A DNA stretch of 64,000 nucleotides from Saprolegnia diclina VS20 (GCF_000281045.1 NW_008246097.1:91741-155740); one strand, 5' to 3'. Shown: positions 43,172 through 57,607, counted from the first letter of the stretch. Notes: generated by a model from the sequence alone, not told the origin. Program-made: numbers and translations.

Positions 43172-45714
43172 TTAGAGCTTGGCGCGCTGGACTTTGGCGC
43201 GGAGCGGTGCCAAGTAGGCCGAGAGCGACACGGTCGAGTCGTTTGGGAACGCGCGGCTCGCGGTCATGAGCGACTCGTACACGTCGCCGTCGTAGCGTCC
43301 GAGGTTCGAGTTGAGGCTCAGGTCCGAGAACCCAAACGCATCGACGAGGCTTACTGCGTGGGGGCGGATCGCCGAGAGGAGCCGCACTTGGTGCGCGTCG
43401 TAGGCTGCGGCCGCCGACAGCGGCAAGCCGCCGTGCACCAAAAAGTCGCTCATGTCCTCGAGCACTTGGGAGACGCAAAAGAGCGAGAAGATGTCGCTGA
43501 GAATTGCGTGCGTCGGTGGCGAGAGGCCTGCGTCACGGAGCTGCGCCGCAAATTCGCGCACGAGCACGTACTTGCCAAAGCACTAGCGGCGCCATGAGAG
43601 ATTTGCCAACTTGATATTTGCCAATGGACTACCATGGACAGGTGGTGCGACGCAATTAAGTTGGCTTGGATCGCTTCTTCCAGAGAGGGGTACGCCACCG
43701 CGGTCGTCTCCATCGCAGCGAGCACGGCGAGCAAGCGACGCTCAAAGAGCGCCTCGAAATTAGCCGGCGACAGCGCAGCGTCCGGAGCTTGCGTTGGCGT
43801 CGCATCGATGCGCGCAAAAAACTAAGGCAAAGGTGATCTTCAAGATGCGATGTGTCGTCGAATATGCATACCTGGAGCTGGGGTGGGAGCGCTGATGTCA
43901 TCCCGCTACGGTGGACGACGAGCATCTTGAGGAGCGTCTTGGTCGTCTATGCAACCTCGTCAGTGGCAAGGGAGTAAATGCAGCAGACGCTACCTGCTGC
44001 GAGATGACGTAGTTCTCGCCTTCCGCGGTCACAAACTGAGCGTTGTACGCGACAAGCTCCTACGACCAATGCGGTCAATGGGACATGGCGATCGGCATGC
44101 GGCGTACCGGGAGCCCTATGCATGATGAGTCTCCAACTATGCGGTGGAGGTGGATAGATACCGCTCGTCTGGAGATACCCGTGGCCGCCACAACCCTAAT
44201 GCGCGACAAAATCGAGTAAAATACACTGTACTCTCGAACGAGGCATGTCGTACCCGGCGGCAGATCTCGATGCCGCGCGTGGAGAGCTCGGACGCAAACA
44301 CCTTGACGGCGCAGCCCGTGGCATGGGCGAGGGCGAGGACACCGGCGTCCGTGCGGCCTTTGGCCACCATCTCGGTCGCCGAGTGCGAAAAGCTCAAGAG
44401 GCGGTTGCCTAGTGCAGCGTTTAGCAACGGATGTCGAGAAGGATGCACGCGTACTGCCAATAATGACGGCGTAGGCTTCGGCCAAGCGGGGCAAGAGTCG
44501 GTGCTGCTGCGACTGGTAGTCGAGCACCTAGTCGAGCGACTTGTTCATGACATTTCAACGTTTGCACGAACGACGTACTTGCATCTCTTCGCTGCGCTTC
44601 GTCGCGTTGGCCCCCTGCGCGCGCACCGCGCTGTAGCGCACGGCGATGGTCGCCGCTTTCGAGAGCTGTCGGCCGCTGCCAATGATCATGTTGTAGCGCA
44701 TCTGCAGCATAGTAATGTACGACAGCTCCGGCTTGGCCCCTGGCACGCTAAGATCGTAGAGGAAGGGTTAGACCCTGCGAGGGCAAGAGCACAAGAGACC
44801 GAGAGTAGACGCCGTCCTTGCTCAGCGTCTGAAACTTCATCGCCATGTGCGTGCGCGGGATCAGCACCTTGTCAAACTGGACAAAGCCGTTGTCGACCGT
44901 GTTGAAGCCAAATTTGCCTACACAAGGTAGTCTTTTCGCATAGTTTACATATGAATGCAACGCACTGCCAATGCCGCCAAGCGTCACACCGGGCAGCGGC
45001 GCGTGCGTCGCAAAGTCGCGGAGCTGCACGAGGAACGGAAGCACGCCATGGTCGTTCCCGCGCACGAGGAGGCGCGCGTACACCACGCCAATGTTGGCCG
45101 TGTTGGCGAGACCGCCCGGCCAGTACTTGATGGACGTGAGCGTCGGCGAGTGGATCTCCAGCATGTCGAGGTCCTCTCGAAACGTTGCGGTCGTCTCGAG
45201 CGCGCGCAAATTAGAGCCGTGCCCGAGCTCGGTCTGGATGTAGCAGCCGAGCCACGTGTACGACGCGATCGCGTCTGCCCACTGCGCTTGCTGCGCGTCG
45301 CTAAAGAGGCTCGCAATGTTGGGCAGAAACATAGCTTCATGGAGCAGCGTCGGCGACGCGAGGCCCGTAATGTCCTACAGGGCGTGAGCATCCTCGGTGC
45401 AGGCGCATGATGAGCACCTGCGCCAGCGTTCGAAGCAGCTTGGCTTCGTCGACAGAAAGCTGCTTGTCCAGAATCGTCTCCTCGACGTGGCGGTAGACGC
45501 GGAAGACACGGGCGCGCTGCGCCTCGGCCGACTCGCCATAGTGGCGCTGGCACTCGTCAAAGGTCAGGCTCGGCTCCAGGAGCGACCGGAGGTACTCGTA
45601 CGAGCGGCGCCGGTCCTTCCCGCCGTAGAAGAGGACGTTCTCGAGGAGCTCCGTCGGAAGCGTCGGCGGGCTCTGCTGACGCTCCTTGGTCAAGAAGGCA
45701 GACGACGATGACAT
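43172..45714 (-). CDS. ACOX: Peroxisomal acyl-CoA oxidase, spliced
   Basis: GCYIQTELGHGSNLRALETTAT, KYWPGGL, KFGFNTVDNG, TIAVRYSAVRAQ, LDYQSQQHRL, VTAEGENYV, IRPHAVSLVDAF and LGRYDGDVYE. C-terminal PTS1 -AKL. Confidence 0.95.
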
Positions 45715-46717
45715 ATTGACTCCCAAGCGGCGGGTTTGGATTTGCGCTCGACTTGCAGTCGCGCACCGTATCCGGATATATTACGCAAGATCAGATACAG
45801 CGCGCTCTCGTCAAGAATATGAATATGAAGTGCCACCGTCACAGGCGCGCTCGCGCCGTGGATGACACTGACTACCGGTAGCACTTAGTACGATACAGCA
45901 TCCAGCTCGAGCTGCAAAGGCTCAACGGAGCTTCCCATGCATGCAGTGTATTGGCGATGCGTCCCTGCTCGTCCGGTGGCCCAATATGCAATATTCTTGC
46001 ATGGCGGCCCATCAACGCTGATGATGCAATTCTGATGTTTAACTCATTTCAACATTGACCTGCATGACCCAGCTGCATGGCCACGACGAGGCAACAAGAT
46101 GCGAAAGCGCTGCCGTTCTCCAACCGTCCTATTACGCAATATGCGCGCATACACGTCTCCTTGCCGAGACGTGAATGGCTGGCGTACCGTACACGGCCAT
46201 AGGTCACTTGCACATACCGGCAGTTCTCTCTGAAGTCTTTGGGTACAAGCAGGGCCGCAGTCATTGGGCAGTAGTAGTCGCCGTCATCGTGTGCTGACAT
46301 GAAGAAATGATTCGTTGGGCGTTGGACCATCCAAATGCGCTGCGCTTGGTCGTCGAAGGGACTCGGTTGCCATTCTATGGCCTTGCGAATGGCTCGCTCG
46401 CTTGTGCATTCGTTCGGACTGCGACTCGGGATGGGGTGGGTGCATATACAGTATCAAGTCGACCACGCTGGCACTTGATAATTTCCACTGGCTCGGCTTC
46501 CCGCCAATTGATGCTGTTCAACGAATTCGACCCTGTGAGATTTTATATTGCGGGTCGCAGAAATATATCGTTTTACAAAGGTTCTCGGCCAAACGTATTT
46601 TAATGCAAACGCCAAAGATCGTGTACTTGGAATTTGACAGAATAAAATAAATTTGCTGCAAATTCATGGCATTTCTCAATAACGCACCAAGAAGCGCAAG
46701 CTCGCGCCGAACCCGCG

Positions 46718-49700
46718 ATGGAAGCCCTTGGCGATCTCTCGGACCTGCTGCCGACGGCCCTGGGCAGCATGACATCCCCGGTCCATGCACCTGCGGGGCT
46801 GGTCTCCCATGGACCCATGGAGGTCGAGGAGGAGGACGATGCCATGGAGGACGACGACGTCGTGCCGGTCGATGCTCCCGCGGCCAAGGAAGACGAGTAC
46901 ATCCCCGACATCTCACAGTGGAGCTCGGACGAGGAAGAGGAGGCGGACGAAGAAGAAGAGAATCCGAAGGCGCCCAAGTCGCGCCGGAAGAAGCGTCTCC
47001 ATGACATTCTTGAAGAAGACGAGCTTGATGACGAGACGATCAAGGCCCGCGAGATGGAGAAGGAGCGCATGAAGCGATTCCGCGCGGAAGAGTCGAACGA
47101 CAAGCTCGACTTTGGATGGACTGCCGACGGGAAGCTGTGCATCAACCCACTGGAGGACGGGTCAATCCCGACGGGCAAGATAGGCGACGACAACGAACCG
47201 ATCTTGATCCATCCCGACGTTTCCAAGGCGCTCAAGCCTCATCAGATCAAGGGCGTGCGATTCCTGTGGAGCCATATCTCGATCGGCCCCAAGGTAGGAG
47301 GAACATGACTTGCGGTCGACACCAACTTCAATATGTCATTAGGGCTTTGGCTGCATCCTCGCGGACTTTATGGGTCTCGGCAAGACGCTGCAGGTCGTTG
47401 CGACAGTGCATACGTTCCTCAACGCGATGGTCATCGAGGACGGCGTCAAGGTCGCCAAGTATAACTCAGCGCTGATCCTCGCGCCGGCGATTTGCGTGCG
47501 CAATTGGGAAGCCGAGTTCAAGAAGTGGCTGTCCCCGCGCGACGTTCGCCGTATGGGTCTCACGACGCTCGAGTCGGACAAGAACATGCAGGAGCGCGTC
47601 GACACGATCCTCCAGTGGCAGCAGCATGGCGGGTACGATCGCCTTGCACCTGTACGGTTTGCCTCATGCATACATAGCGTCATCATCATGGGCTACGAAA
47701 TGTACCGCGGGCTTGTCTTGCAAGCGACTGGCGAAGAGAAAGCCAAGACGAACAAGTACTCGCTGCGTCTCCAGAACCAGCTCAAGGATGCCTACGAAGC
47801 GCTCTCTGCTCCGGGACCTGACCTCATCGTGCTTGACGAAGGCCATCGCATCCGTGACGCGAAGTCGAAGCTCGTGCGCGCCCTTAATCATGTAGGAGCA
47901 TGCTTCATATTGGACTTGGGTCTCATGCGTCTTAGGTCGAGACGAAGCGCCGGATCATTCTCACGGGGTACCCCCTCCAGAACCACTTGATGGAGTACTG
48001 GACCATGGTCAACTTTGCGCGCCCGAACTTCCTGGGCTCTCAAGCCGAATTCAAGAACCGGTTTGTGTTTCCGATCGAGAACGGCGGCTTTGAAGACAGT
48101 ACGCCCGAGGACATGGCTCTAAGCCGGAAGCGCACGTACGTGCTCACGAAGGAGCTCGGCCCGCTCGTGCTTCGCCGCGACGCGTCGTACCTGCATGCGC
48201 AGCTCCCGCCCAAGCACGAATACGTCATGTTGTGCAAGCTCTCGACGCTTCAGATCCAGATCTACAAGGCTTTTCTCCGCGAAGGCGTCCCGAAGGGCTC
48301 GAAGCTCAAGCAAGTCGATGTGCTCGGTGGCTACCACATTACACTCGCGATTTCCAACCACCCAGACGTCGTCTACAACTCGATGAAGCAGCTCAACGAC
48401 GGAAACGCCAAGGACCCAGCACCGAGCGCTGCGGCAACGCCGTCGACACTTGACGACGGGGTTGGAACAACATTCACCTCGGCGACTCGTGTTCTAAGTC
48501 CCTGAATAGGGCGATGACAGCGACATTGAGGCGATGGAAGCGATTACGCGCACGATGGAGCACCGCTTGAGCTTTGCCGAGCCCCTCTTGCCACCGACGT
48601 ATGTGACGGGCATTGCGGAGAACTCGGGGAAGATGCTTATGCTCCTCCACATTCTGCGCGCTTGCCGTGAGATTGGCGATCGCGTCACAGTGTTCACGCA
48701 GAGCATCACGTCCATGAACGTGATCGAGTCGATGCTCAGCGAGTACAACGCCAAGAAGAAGACGTTTGACAAGATTCACTCGATTCGCATCGACGGCAGC
48801 ACGTCGCAGCAACTGCGTTTCCAGCGCATCTCCATGTTCAACGACCCGTGCGAAGAAGTTGACGTCATCTTGATCTCGACCAAAGCTGGTGGCGAAGGCG
48901 TCAACCTCTGCGGCGGCAACCGCGTCGTCATCTTTGACGTGTGTTGGAACCCGTGCCACGACGCTCAGTCAATGTGCCGGTCGTACCGCTTTGGGCAGCT
49001 CAAGCCGGTGTATGTCTATCGACTCATTGCGGCCGGCACGATGGAGAAGAAGGTGTATGACCTTCAAGTGCGCAAGGAAGGCGTGAGCAAGCGCGTCGTC
49101 GACAACACGGCGCTTGAGCGCAAGTTCCACCGCGACGACATCAAGAAATACTTTTGCATCCAAGAGTTCAAGAAGGCCCAGCAACACACGGCGGCGGTGG
49201 ACCCGGACGAGGTCATGGCCAAGATGAAGCACCACGCAACAAAGGATGCGGTGCTGCAGGGTCTCCTGGACGAAAAGTCCCAGTGGTTGGTACGTTACTT
49301 CTTGACACAGTTGGCAGGCAACGTAATGTGCTCTCATAGGTCGACTGCTATGAGCAAGAGACGATGTTTGAAGAAAACTTGAACGAGCGCATCTCGGAAA
49401 TCGAGCAAGAAGAAGCGCTGCGTCAGTTTGCGATGGAGAAAGCGTGCCGAGATATTGTCGGCTACTCGCTCGGTGACGCACACCTCAAGGTCGCCCTCTG
49501 CCCACAGTGCAACCATTCAAACGACATCACCGGTGTCGAATCGGTACGCTCGTCGGTGGACGCGGTAGTGTTGCTAATCGCAGCCGTGTAGGATGTGTCG
49601 TCGATCATTTGCGCCGAGTGCGAAACCCCGATCGACGTTTCGGACGCCAATAACGTCGTCACGGTGAGCCGCGCGACGCACGACGCCGTCTCGGCGAGTG

Positions 49701-50363
49701 CACGCGTGTCGGCACCCATGTTCCCCGACGTCTTCAACGGCCATATGCCAACTCCGCACGTGAACCCGGAGCTGCAAGGTTTGCTCGCGCATGCTATCAA
49801 TCCTGGCACTCATACATCAATGAATTAGCCCAACTTATGCAACTGCGCGCACAAAACGCACTAAATGGTACGCCGCACATTATGAATGTAAGCTTGATAG
49901 ACAGGTATTCATTTATTTTTGTAGCGCATCATGCACAACAAGCTGCCCAGAACGTGCAGGCGGCAGCTATGTTGGCGTTCCAAGGTAAAACATCCATATC
50001 ATGCATCTCTTTTACGCTAGCTTGTGTCCAGGTGGCGCACGCGCACTGCCATCGACGTTGCTAAGTGTAGCTGCCCCCAACGCTACTTCCGCGGCCCCTC
50101 TTCAGCGACGGATCCTCTTTTTGCGAAAAGGCCTCAACCGCGACGTCGTCGATACACTCAAGAATCAAGCGTCCGCCGTCTTGAAGTGCCACTTTGATGT
50201 CGAGTTGTTGCCGTCCACAACCGATGTCGTCTCGGCCTTGCCGCTTCCAAACGTTCTCAGCTGGCTGCGCGTCCAAGGTCTTCCGTCCACCACAACGTAT
50301 CGCAGCGTCGAGTGGCTCCAGGACGAGATCAAAAAATCCCAAAGCACCGACCGTGCGCAATAA
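46718..50363 (+). CDS. ATRX/ARIP4-like SNF2 chromatin-remodelling ATPase, spliced
   Basis: LKPHQIKGVRFLW, GCILADFMGLGKTLQ, PGPDLIVLDEGH, LTGYPLQNHLMEYW, SGKM, RIDGST, ISTKAGGEGVNL, WNPCHDAQSMCRSYRFGQ. Confidence 0.9.
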
Positions 50364-50407
50364 AAGTAGACTCAACGACCACCATTTATCTCAACGCTAT
50401 TGCTTCA

Positions 50408-52775
50408 TTATTCCATACTCGCGTCGGCCAGCGCGCGGACGCGGGCAAGGTCTTTCTGGAGCTTTTCATTGCCGGCATCGAGAGCGAGGGCGTCGGCAAA
50501 GTCCGCTTCCGCTACCCACGGCATGTCTGTCAATATGCAATGACGAGCGACGCACCTTTGTCGTAGGCTTGCAGCGCCGCGTGCGCTGTGCCCCGGCGAA
50601 CGAGCGTCTTGAGAACCCACTCGCGTCGCTTGATCGAGCCCGGCGGCGGAATCGCAGAAAGCGCGATGGGCGACCCGCGCACATCAGGCGTCACGACTTG
50701 CTACGCGGTGGTCAGCGCCGTATCCTCGGACCTTACTACGCTGTACTTGTAGGAGCGCCAGCGCCGAGGTGCAGTCGAGCACGCAGCTCGCTGCGTCAAG
50801 CAGCGCGAGGTGGCACGCCGCTCGGTTCGAGAGGCATCTACACCGCACGCATAAACTCGTCGCAAATGTTTTCACGTCAAGCGCACGTACGCGACAAACG
50901 TCGGGTCGATGACGAGCGCGGCCGTGTATAAGTCCCGTGCGCTGGCCAAGTCTTGCGCGGTGAAGGCCATGTCCCCGCGCTGCTTGACCTTGTAGCACTC
51001 GTCCAGGCGCGAAATCCGCGCAAAGTCGATCTGCAGCGCTTCGTTCTCGGGGTGCATGCTCAGCGCAACGCCATAGTCGGCCTTGGCTTGGCTGCATCAA
51101 GAATAAGAGTAAGATATGAGTTGTGCCACTCCGTCGCAGTCGACCTGTAGTAGCCCAGCTGCGCGTAGGCAGTGCCTCGGCGCACGAGCACTCGGACTTT
51201 GAGTCGATGGGTGCCGCAAGGATCGGACGAGGTGGCGCCATTGTCGGGCAGCTGGGCGAGCGCAGCGCTGCAGTCGTCAGCGCAGAGCTACACAATGTGA
51301 GCGCGACAACAACGTCGAGGTGACGGATACCTGGTACGCGCCCAAGTGCAGGTGGCAGGCGGCGCGGTTCGAGAGGCACCTGCAAGCTGCAGCTGAGCGA
51401 CCTTTATACAAACGGCTCGACGTACGCGGTCAAGGTCGCGTCAACAGCAAGCGCCTCCGCGTAGGCGTTGCGTGCGCTTTGAAAGTCGCGGTGGTGGTAA
51501 AAGTCGTCGGCTTTGGCCTTGAGCCACACGGCTACACAAGTCATTTCTAGGGCCTACAAATCACAGCAACAAAGTACGATCGGTCTCGCTGATGTCTTGG
51601 GCGCAGTTCGCGTGGAGGCCCTTGTGCGACTTGAGATGCTTGCGGTTCTTGACGAGCCAGTCTTCCTCGTCCGCTAATACCAGTCGTTGCAAGAACAGCG
51701 ATGGAGTCGAGAGCGATACCGGCCGTTGACTCGCGGCTCGGCGTTGGAAAGACGCGCGGTGTAAAGCTGATCTTGGACTGCAGCGTCTCCCGCGGCGCCG
51801 GAATGTACACCACGTCGGTCTCGTCGTCCTCATCCTCGTGGACGTTGTTGTTGTTGATGGCGTCATCGTCCATGGGCAGCGACGGAGCTGTCATGGGCGC
51901 CACGTCGGTCTCTGACTCGGTATCGCTCCACTCGATGTCATCGTTGTTGTTGGTAATATCAAAGGTCCCGTCCGTGGACGCTTCGAGGATCGGCTCCATC
52001 GGTGGCTTTGCGATCGTTCGCTTGGGCGCCGACGGTGTTTTGAGCTCCTGGAAGGTGCGGTACATGGCAGACTACAGTCGCTTCAGTATGAGCAACCGCA
52101 AGTACAAGCGGTCGACGGAGGTAGTCTACCTCTTCGCGCTGCTTTTCATCGGCCTTAAGGTCGTCGAGACGCTGCCGCTCGTGTTCTTCCAGCGCCATCT
52201 AATGATATCCATATCTATCAACTCCAAGCACAAAATTGCAAGCACAAACTTGATCCCGAAGTGTTTTCTTCTCCGTCGCGTACTTGGCGTCCTTTCGCTT
52301 CTCGGCCAACTAGGCAAATCGTGGCGACGCAGTGCATGGGGCACACGCGGTACCTGCTGCTCCATCTCGGTCTTGCGGTCCATGGACGCCTTGCGGCGCG
52401 CTAGAATGTCGGCTTTCGAGCCAACGAACACGAGCTCCTTCCACATCTCTGGCGTGCTCTGCCGCCGATCCATGAGACCTTGATTGATCGTGGTTCAATG
52501 TACCTTGGCGACGGTCATGTGAATGACGCCGTCGAGGATCTTGACGACCGCGCTTGTCGGCTCGATAGGCGCGACAACGTCCAGCAGTAGCACGTAGGGC
52601 TTGAAGTTGATCTTGAGCACCGCGTCCGCCACTAGATACATCTTGGATGTTTGGCTAATCGGCGGGTTGTCGTACCGTAAAAGTCGACGTCCTTGCGGCT
52701 GGCGCCCTTGAGCGGCACGGTGAGCGAGACGTGCGTCGCGGTCTGGGCCCACTCGTACTGCGGCGTCAAAGGCAT
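50408..52775 (-). CDS. DNAAF4: Dynein axonemal assembly factor 4 (DYX1C1; CS + TPR domains), many introns
   Basis: MPLTPQYEWAQT...TVPLKG (CS domain), LKINFKPY, FTPRVFPTPSRES, EEDWL, and TPRs with SNRAACHL. Confidence 0.9.
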
Positions 52776-52939
52776 CGGGGGTCGTTGGCGGTCGCTCGGC
52801 GGATCTTGCAGTGGCACAAACCTTCCTTTCAAGATGGCAGATACGACGATGCCATTGGCCAAAATGATTCTATAATCCTCGAATGGCATACGTTTAAAAA
52901 AACGGTCCAGGCAGCGCTCTCTATTGTTAAGAAACCACC

Positions 52940-53371
52940 ATGGAAGCGACACTGCGCCGCGCCGTCAACGAGTTTTTCTTCCGAGAGACGTGGTCGCCCG
53001 CCACGTACGCGACGTTCGCCGTCGTGTTAGTGAGCACGTTCTTTCTCTCGAACGGTCTCTCGCGGCTATTTTTTGGCCTGCTCGACGCCAAGCTACAGCG
53101 CTACGAAGCCAGCCGCGCAACCATTCACACGGTCGATACTTGCGAGTCAGCTTCATTCAGCTCACTGCCTTAGTAGGCACCGGATGCCTCGTCGTCCGAG
53201 AGCGACGAAACCTCGGGCAGTGGCTCGTCCGACTCGAGCGAAGGCGACAGCGGTGAAGAGGACGAGGAGCCAAGTGTGTTTTCGCCCGTCAAGATTGCAG
53301 TGCCACCGCTGATTGAGATTGATGCAAACGTCTCTGACGTACGCGACGTCGAGCATCTCAAAACGCTGTGA
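52940..53371 (+). CDS. Small single-TM protein with acidic C-terminus (probably one intron)
   Basis: Exon 1 MEATLRRAVNEFFFRETW...TM; after TAGTAG at ~53176 an exon reads APDASSSESDE...DVEHLKTL*. Confidence 0.5.
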
Positions 53372-53572
53372 AATGAAAAGCATAAATTCTTTAAGTCACG
53401 TCGCGACACACTGGAGGAAAGAAGGAGCGACGAGAGGTAAAATAGCAATATCACTAGCAAGCAGAGTGCTCTCTGGGGCCTGGCGATCGCTATCAAATCT
53501 CGTAGTTCTTCTCGAGAGACCACAGACGCGGCGCAGCTGAAGCGTACGGCGAAGTGTTGCTGGGCGAGTTGG

Positions 53573-53890
53573 ACGAACACGCTCACGACCGGCATTGGCA
53601 CGTACCAGCGGATGGCGCCAGAGATCTTCAAGAGCCACGACTACTCGACGGCCGCCGACGTCTACTCGTTCGGTACACCTCTCATCATTAGGGGTAGGTT
53701 TGGTTCAGGGGTAGGGGTGCTGCTCGCCGAGTGCTCGACGCACCACGTTCCGTACACGGACCGCACCAACAAGCCGATGAACCAGCAACATGTGATGGCC
53801 AAGTGATGGCGGGGGAGCTCACGCCAACGTTTAACGTAACGACGATACCGTCGTGGGTGGTGGACCTCGCGACCGAGAACCTCGATTGGA
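53573..53890 (+). pseudogene. Truncated TKL protein-kinase fragment
   Basis: TNTLTTGIGTYQRMAPEIFKSHDYSTAADVYSFG|VLLAECSTHHVPY..., then a frameshift before MAGELTPTF. Subdomains I-VII are absent. Confidence 0.7.
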
Positions 53891-54360
53891 TCCGGACAAG
53901 CGCCAGACGATGTTGTCGGTTGCGAGTCGGATGCTCCACGTTGTTTCTTGTGACATTTAAGAGTCTCGGAAGCTATTTCTACCAAACAAACTTTGCTCGT
54001 GCTACCTGTTCAGCAGCAACACAATGTCCAACAGACCACGGACTCGATACCGAAATAAGGAGCCACAAACCACCCTCTTGTTCGGCGCTGCTGAGGAGCT
54101 TGCGTTTGGCTGCTGTTACGTGTACCTAGCTCGGTACTGAAGGCAGCCTCCAACCCAGCGGAGGCATGGGTGCTGCTGCGATAGTACGAAGCCCGTGCAG
54201 TCCACCATCCCAGTAACCCTTGACTAATGACACCATCGATAAACATTTGCAAAGGACTAGATACCATTGTCGTATTATGCTAAGACAGTATTTGTCTCTA
54301 TGGTTTGTGTACACTAATGCACCATCCAGCTAAGAATAGGCCTCGAAACCCACATTGCGC

Positions 54361-57300
54361 ATGTCCAGCACGGACGGGCTTGGCCTTGGCGCGCGTCGTC
54401 GGGCGACCACCGCCGCGCGGCGAACGACGACTCTGGATGGCCTCCACGTTTGTTACTCCATGCGCAGTAGCATATTCACACATTTTGTTTTCGGCTAGGA
54501 GAACGTCAAGAAGGGCGTTGCAACCTACGATCAAGAGCAGCGACAGCAGTCGCGCCGGGCAACCTTGGGGCTGGCCCCCGACCCGCGGACGCTTCAAGCC
54601 AAGCTCGACGCCCTCTCCAAGCAAGCAGTCTCCAACCGTGCCAAGGTCGGCGAGATCAACGACCGCGTCGGTCGGATCCTTGAAGATTTTGACGACGCAA
54701 CCACCGACGCGATGCTGCAGTACGACCTCGCGGGCGCCCGCCTGCCTATTGACGAGATACCGTCGAGCCAGGTACGATCTTTTGCTTCCGACTGCCAATA
54801 CAAACCTGCGAACGCAAGGCAAGCCATATATTGGAGTCGATGCGGGCGTCGCTGCACCATGCTGTCATGGCGCAGGCAGAGACATTGGAAGACATTCCGA
54901 CCGAAGACACGACGCTGATTCCGTCGACGACCGACTTCATCGACGATGTCCTCGACTCGTCGCGTCTACAACAGCGCCGACTGACGTCAACCGCGCTGCA
55001 GTTGAGCAAGCTCACGGGCCTCCAGCGCGCCGAACTCGAGGAGAAAATTGCGCTTCTCGAAGGCGCGCTCTCAGACGCCGAGCATCAGTACGCTACGCTA
55101 CAGTTCAAACACGCGTGCGTACTTCGCAGGATCAAGGTCATTTCCACTTATAAGCGGCTAGGGCGCTGGGCAAGGACGTGACGCGACTCAGCGCCGAGCT
55201 CCAATCCCTCAAACAGACGCAAACCAAGCTCCTCTCCAACCTGAGCGACGCCAAGAAGGAGCGAGAGGCTGCCGAGGTGGCATTGCATCTCGAAGCCCAA
55301 GCGCGCGAGGCGGCACTGGACGCTACGATCCGTGGTCTGAAGCGCAAAGAGCTGCAAATGACACGCGCCTTGAGGGAGGCCGAAGACCGCATCAAACAAC
55401 TTCTCGAGGCGCCGTCCCCCGCCGCTCCCAGTAGCAGCCCCGGGGTTTCACTGCCGCCATTTGCCACCAGTCCTCCGCCGTTCGAGGCCAATTCGCCAGT
55501 GCTTCCGACGACACCCAAGCCCGAGAGTCCGCCAAAGCCCACGCTTTCTCGCAAAACCACGTCGCGCGCTGAATCGATCAAGGCAAGTCGTATCTACGCT
55601 GGTGCTCCGGTGGTCTACACCCACATGGACACGACTGTGGACGTCGACGGTGCTGCAGCAAAGGACACATCGCCCACGAAGACGCAGGCTGCTCCGTCGT
55701 CGAGCAAGCGCATGGCGTCCTCGACCAAGCTCGCTCTGTCTACGGCGCTGCCGCCACTTTCATCACCGCGTGCAGCGTTAACGTCACCACGCACGGGGCC
55801 GTCCACGAGCGGCACGAATGCACTTGGCGTATCGACGTTGATCCAACCCTCGTCTCCATTTGCTGCAGTCGCCATGTCAGACTCGAGCGCCACCGTACCG
55901 AGTACATCCTCCAAGGTCGACAGCGTCGTAGTTTTTCCGTGTCAAGCGCCCGAGACGGTACTCGGTCAGCGCATTGTCGAAGCTACGCCAAGCCCACCAG
56001 TGTCTGCGACAGAGGTGACGGAGGCGTGCGTGACGAGTACCCCTCGGTATGCCTTTCTGAGCCGAGGGCCAACGCACCAAGCGTCTAGCGGGGACTTGCA
56101 CAATGACACGATACCGGAAGAGGCCTTGCCCAACACCCTTGCGATGCCGGTAGCCATGCAATCACCGACGTCAGCAAGGGACGTACCATCGTGGCGGCTG
56201 GTGGCGCACGAGGTGTTGAGCGCCATGTCCGACAGCTTGGTACTGCGTCTGCGCTTTGCAGGGCCTACGCGGCCCTCCGAGTCGGTCTCGGTCCAGCACT
56301 GGACCTTGTGTCACTTGGCGACGCACGCTGGCGTCGTCTTTCGCATTTCGGAAACCACGGTGCAAGCCGACGCTTCGGATGGCATTTTTGTTATCGTCAA
56401 GATGCAGTTGGGGTCGTCACCAGCAATCGCACTGGACGTCGCCGGAAAACACACAGCAAATCATGCACCAGCGCCCATGCTGAAGCATTTGCACTCGATC
56501 ACGGCGCTCTCAACCGCGACGCGTAGTGCGCGATCCAGTGGACCATCGGACGACGCACCTTGTTGCACGGCGGTTTGCGTAATTGACGCATCTACCAGCA
56601 AAAGCCGCCCCACGACGGCCCGAACCAGCCACGAGAGGTCACTTGTTGAGGGAGGGTACAACGCGACGGGCGAACGCCTCGCTACCACGCATGTAGCGAC
56701 AGCTGACATGGCCTCGTCCAGCGAGTCGTCGGACAAGATGTTCTCGGCAGCGGTGCCCGCCCACCGCACCGAACTTGTCTTGTGCGATGCCGGTGACATG
56801 ACCCAAGAACCCGAAGGACGACCGAATGACGCCTCCCCAGCCGCAGGAGCCGCTTACACACCAGCGAATACAGCACCATCTTCAGCGAACCATGCCAGCG
56901 ACGGTGCAGCATTTGATGCTGCATATCGCAAACCAGCCAGGCATCCGATGGAATCAACGTCGCCGAGTTCAATCGACGTCGCTCAACTGGACCTTGAGCA
57001 ACGAAATGCAGCGAGGACGACAAGAGAGGCAAGTGGGCTGGACGGGCTAGAGACGACCAGAAACGTCATACCGGAGAGTGCGCGATGCGCGCTTCGACGC
57101 TTCTCGGACGATGGGACAACGACCGGTCGCAGTCCCTATCTGTCTCCACCTGAAGTGGCTCGTAGTGGCGTGGGGCACGACGCAGACACTGCATGTCGAC
57201 CGAGCCGACGTCTCTCCATCGTACACTCGCCTCTCCAGCCTGACTGTGAGCCACCGCGGGTCGCTGACGAGAGCGTCAACATGGCCGAGCGACCACGCAC

Positions 57301-57607
57301 GAGCTCTGGGCCATTGACGCCGTGGAAGACTGGGATGCCGAATCGGGGTCTCTCAATCGGCGACGGTCGGCCGCAAACGCGGCCCAAGAGCTGCGCCTGC
57401 TTCAAGAACGCAGACTTTTTCAAAAATTCCGCGCGGCTTTCGAGTCACCACGAGCACTGCCCGCTCGTGGACGAGCCGCGCCGCCGACGCCACTCGCTCG
57501 CAGCGACTATGGTGCTCGACAAGACAGTGGACAGCTGTCTACGGTCCCCCGCCAGCGTCAACGTGGTGCAGATCCGGTTTCCGACCAATTCCGCCTCGAA
57601 CCGGTAG
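54361..57607 (+). CDS. Hypothetical coiled-coil, Ser/Pro/Thr-rich protein, spliced
   Basis: Heptad-rich exons (RTLQAKLDALSKQ...; TRLSAELQSLKQTQ...) followed by a ~2.4-kb open low-complexity exon. Confidence 0.55.
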
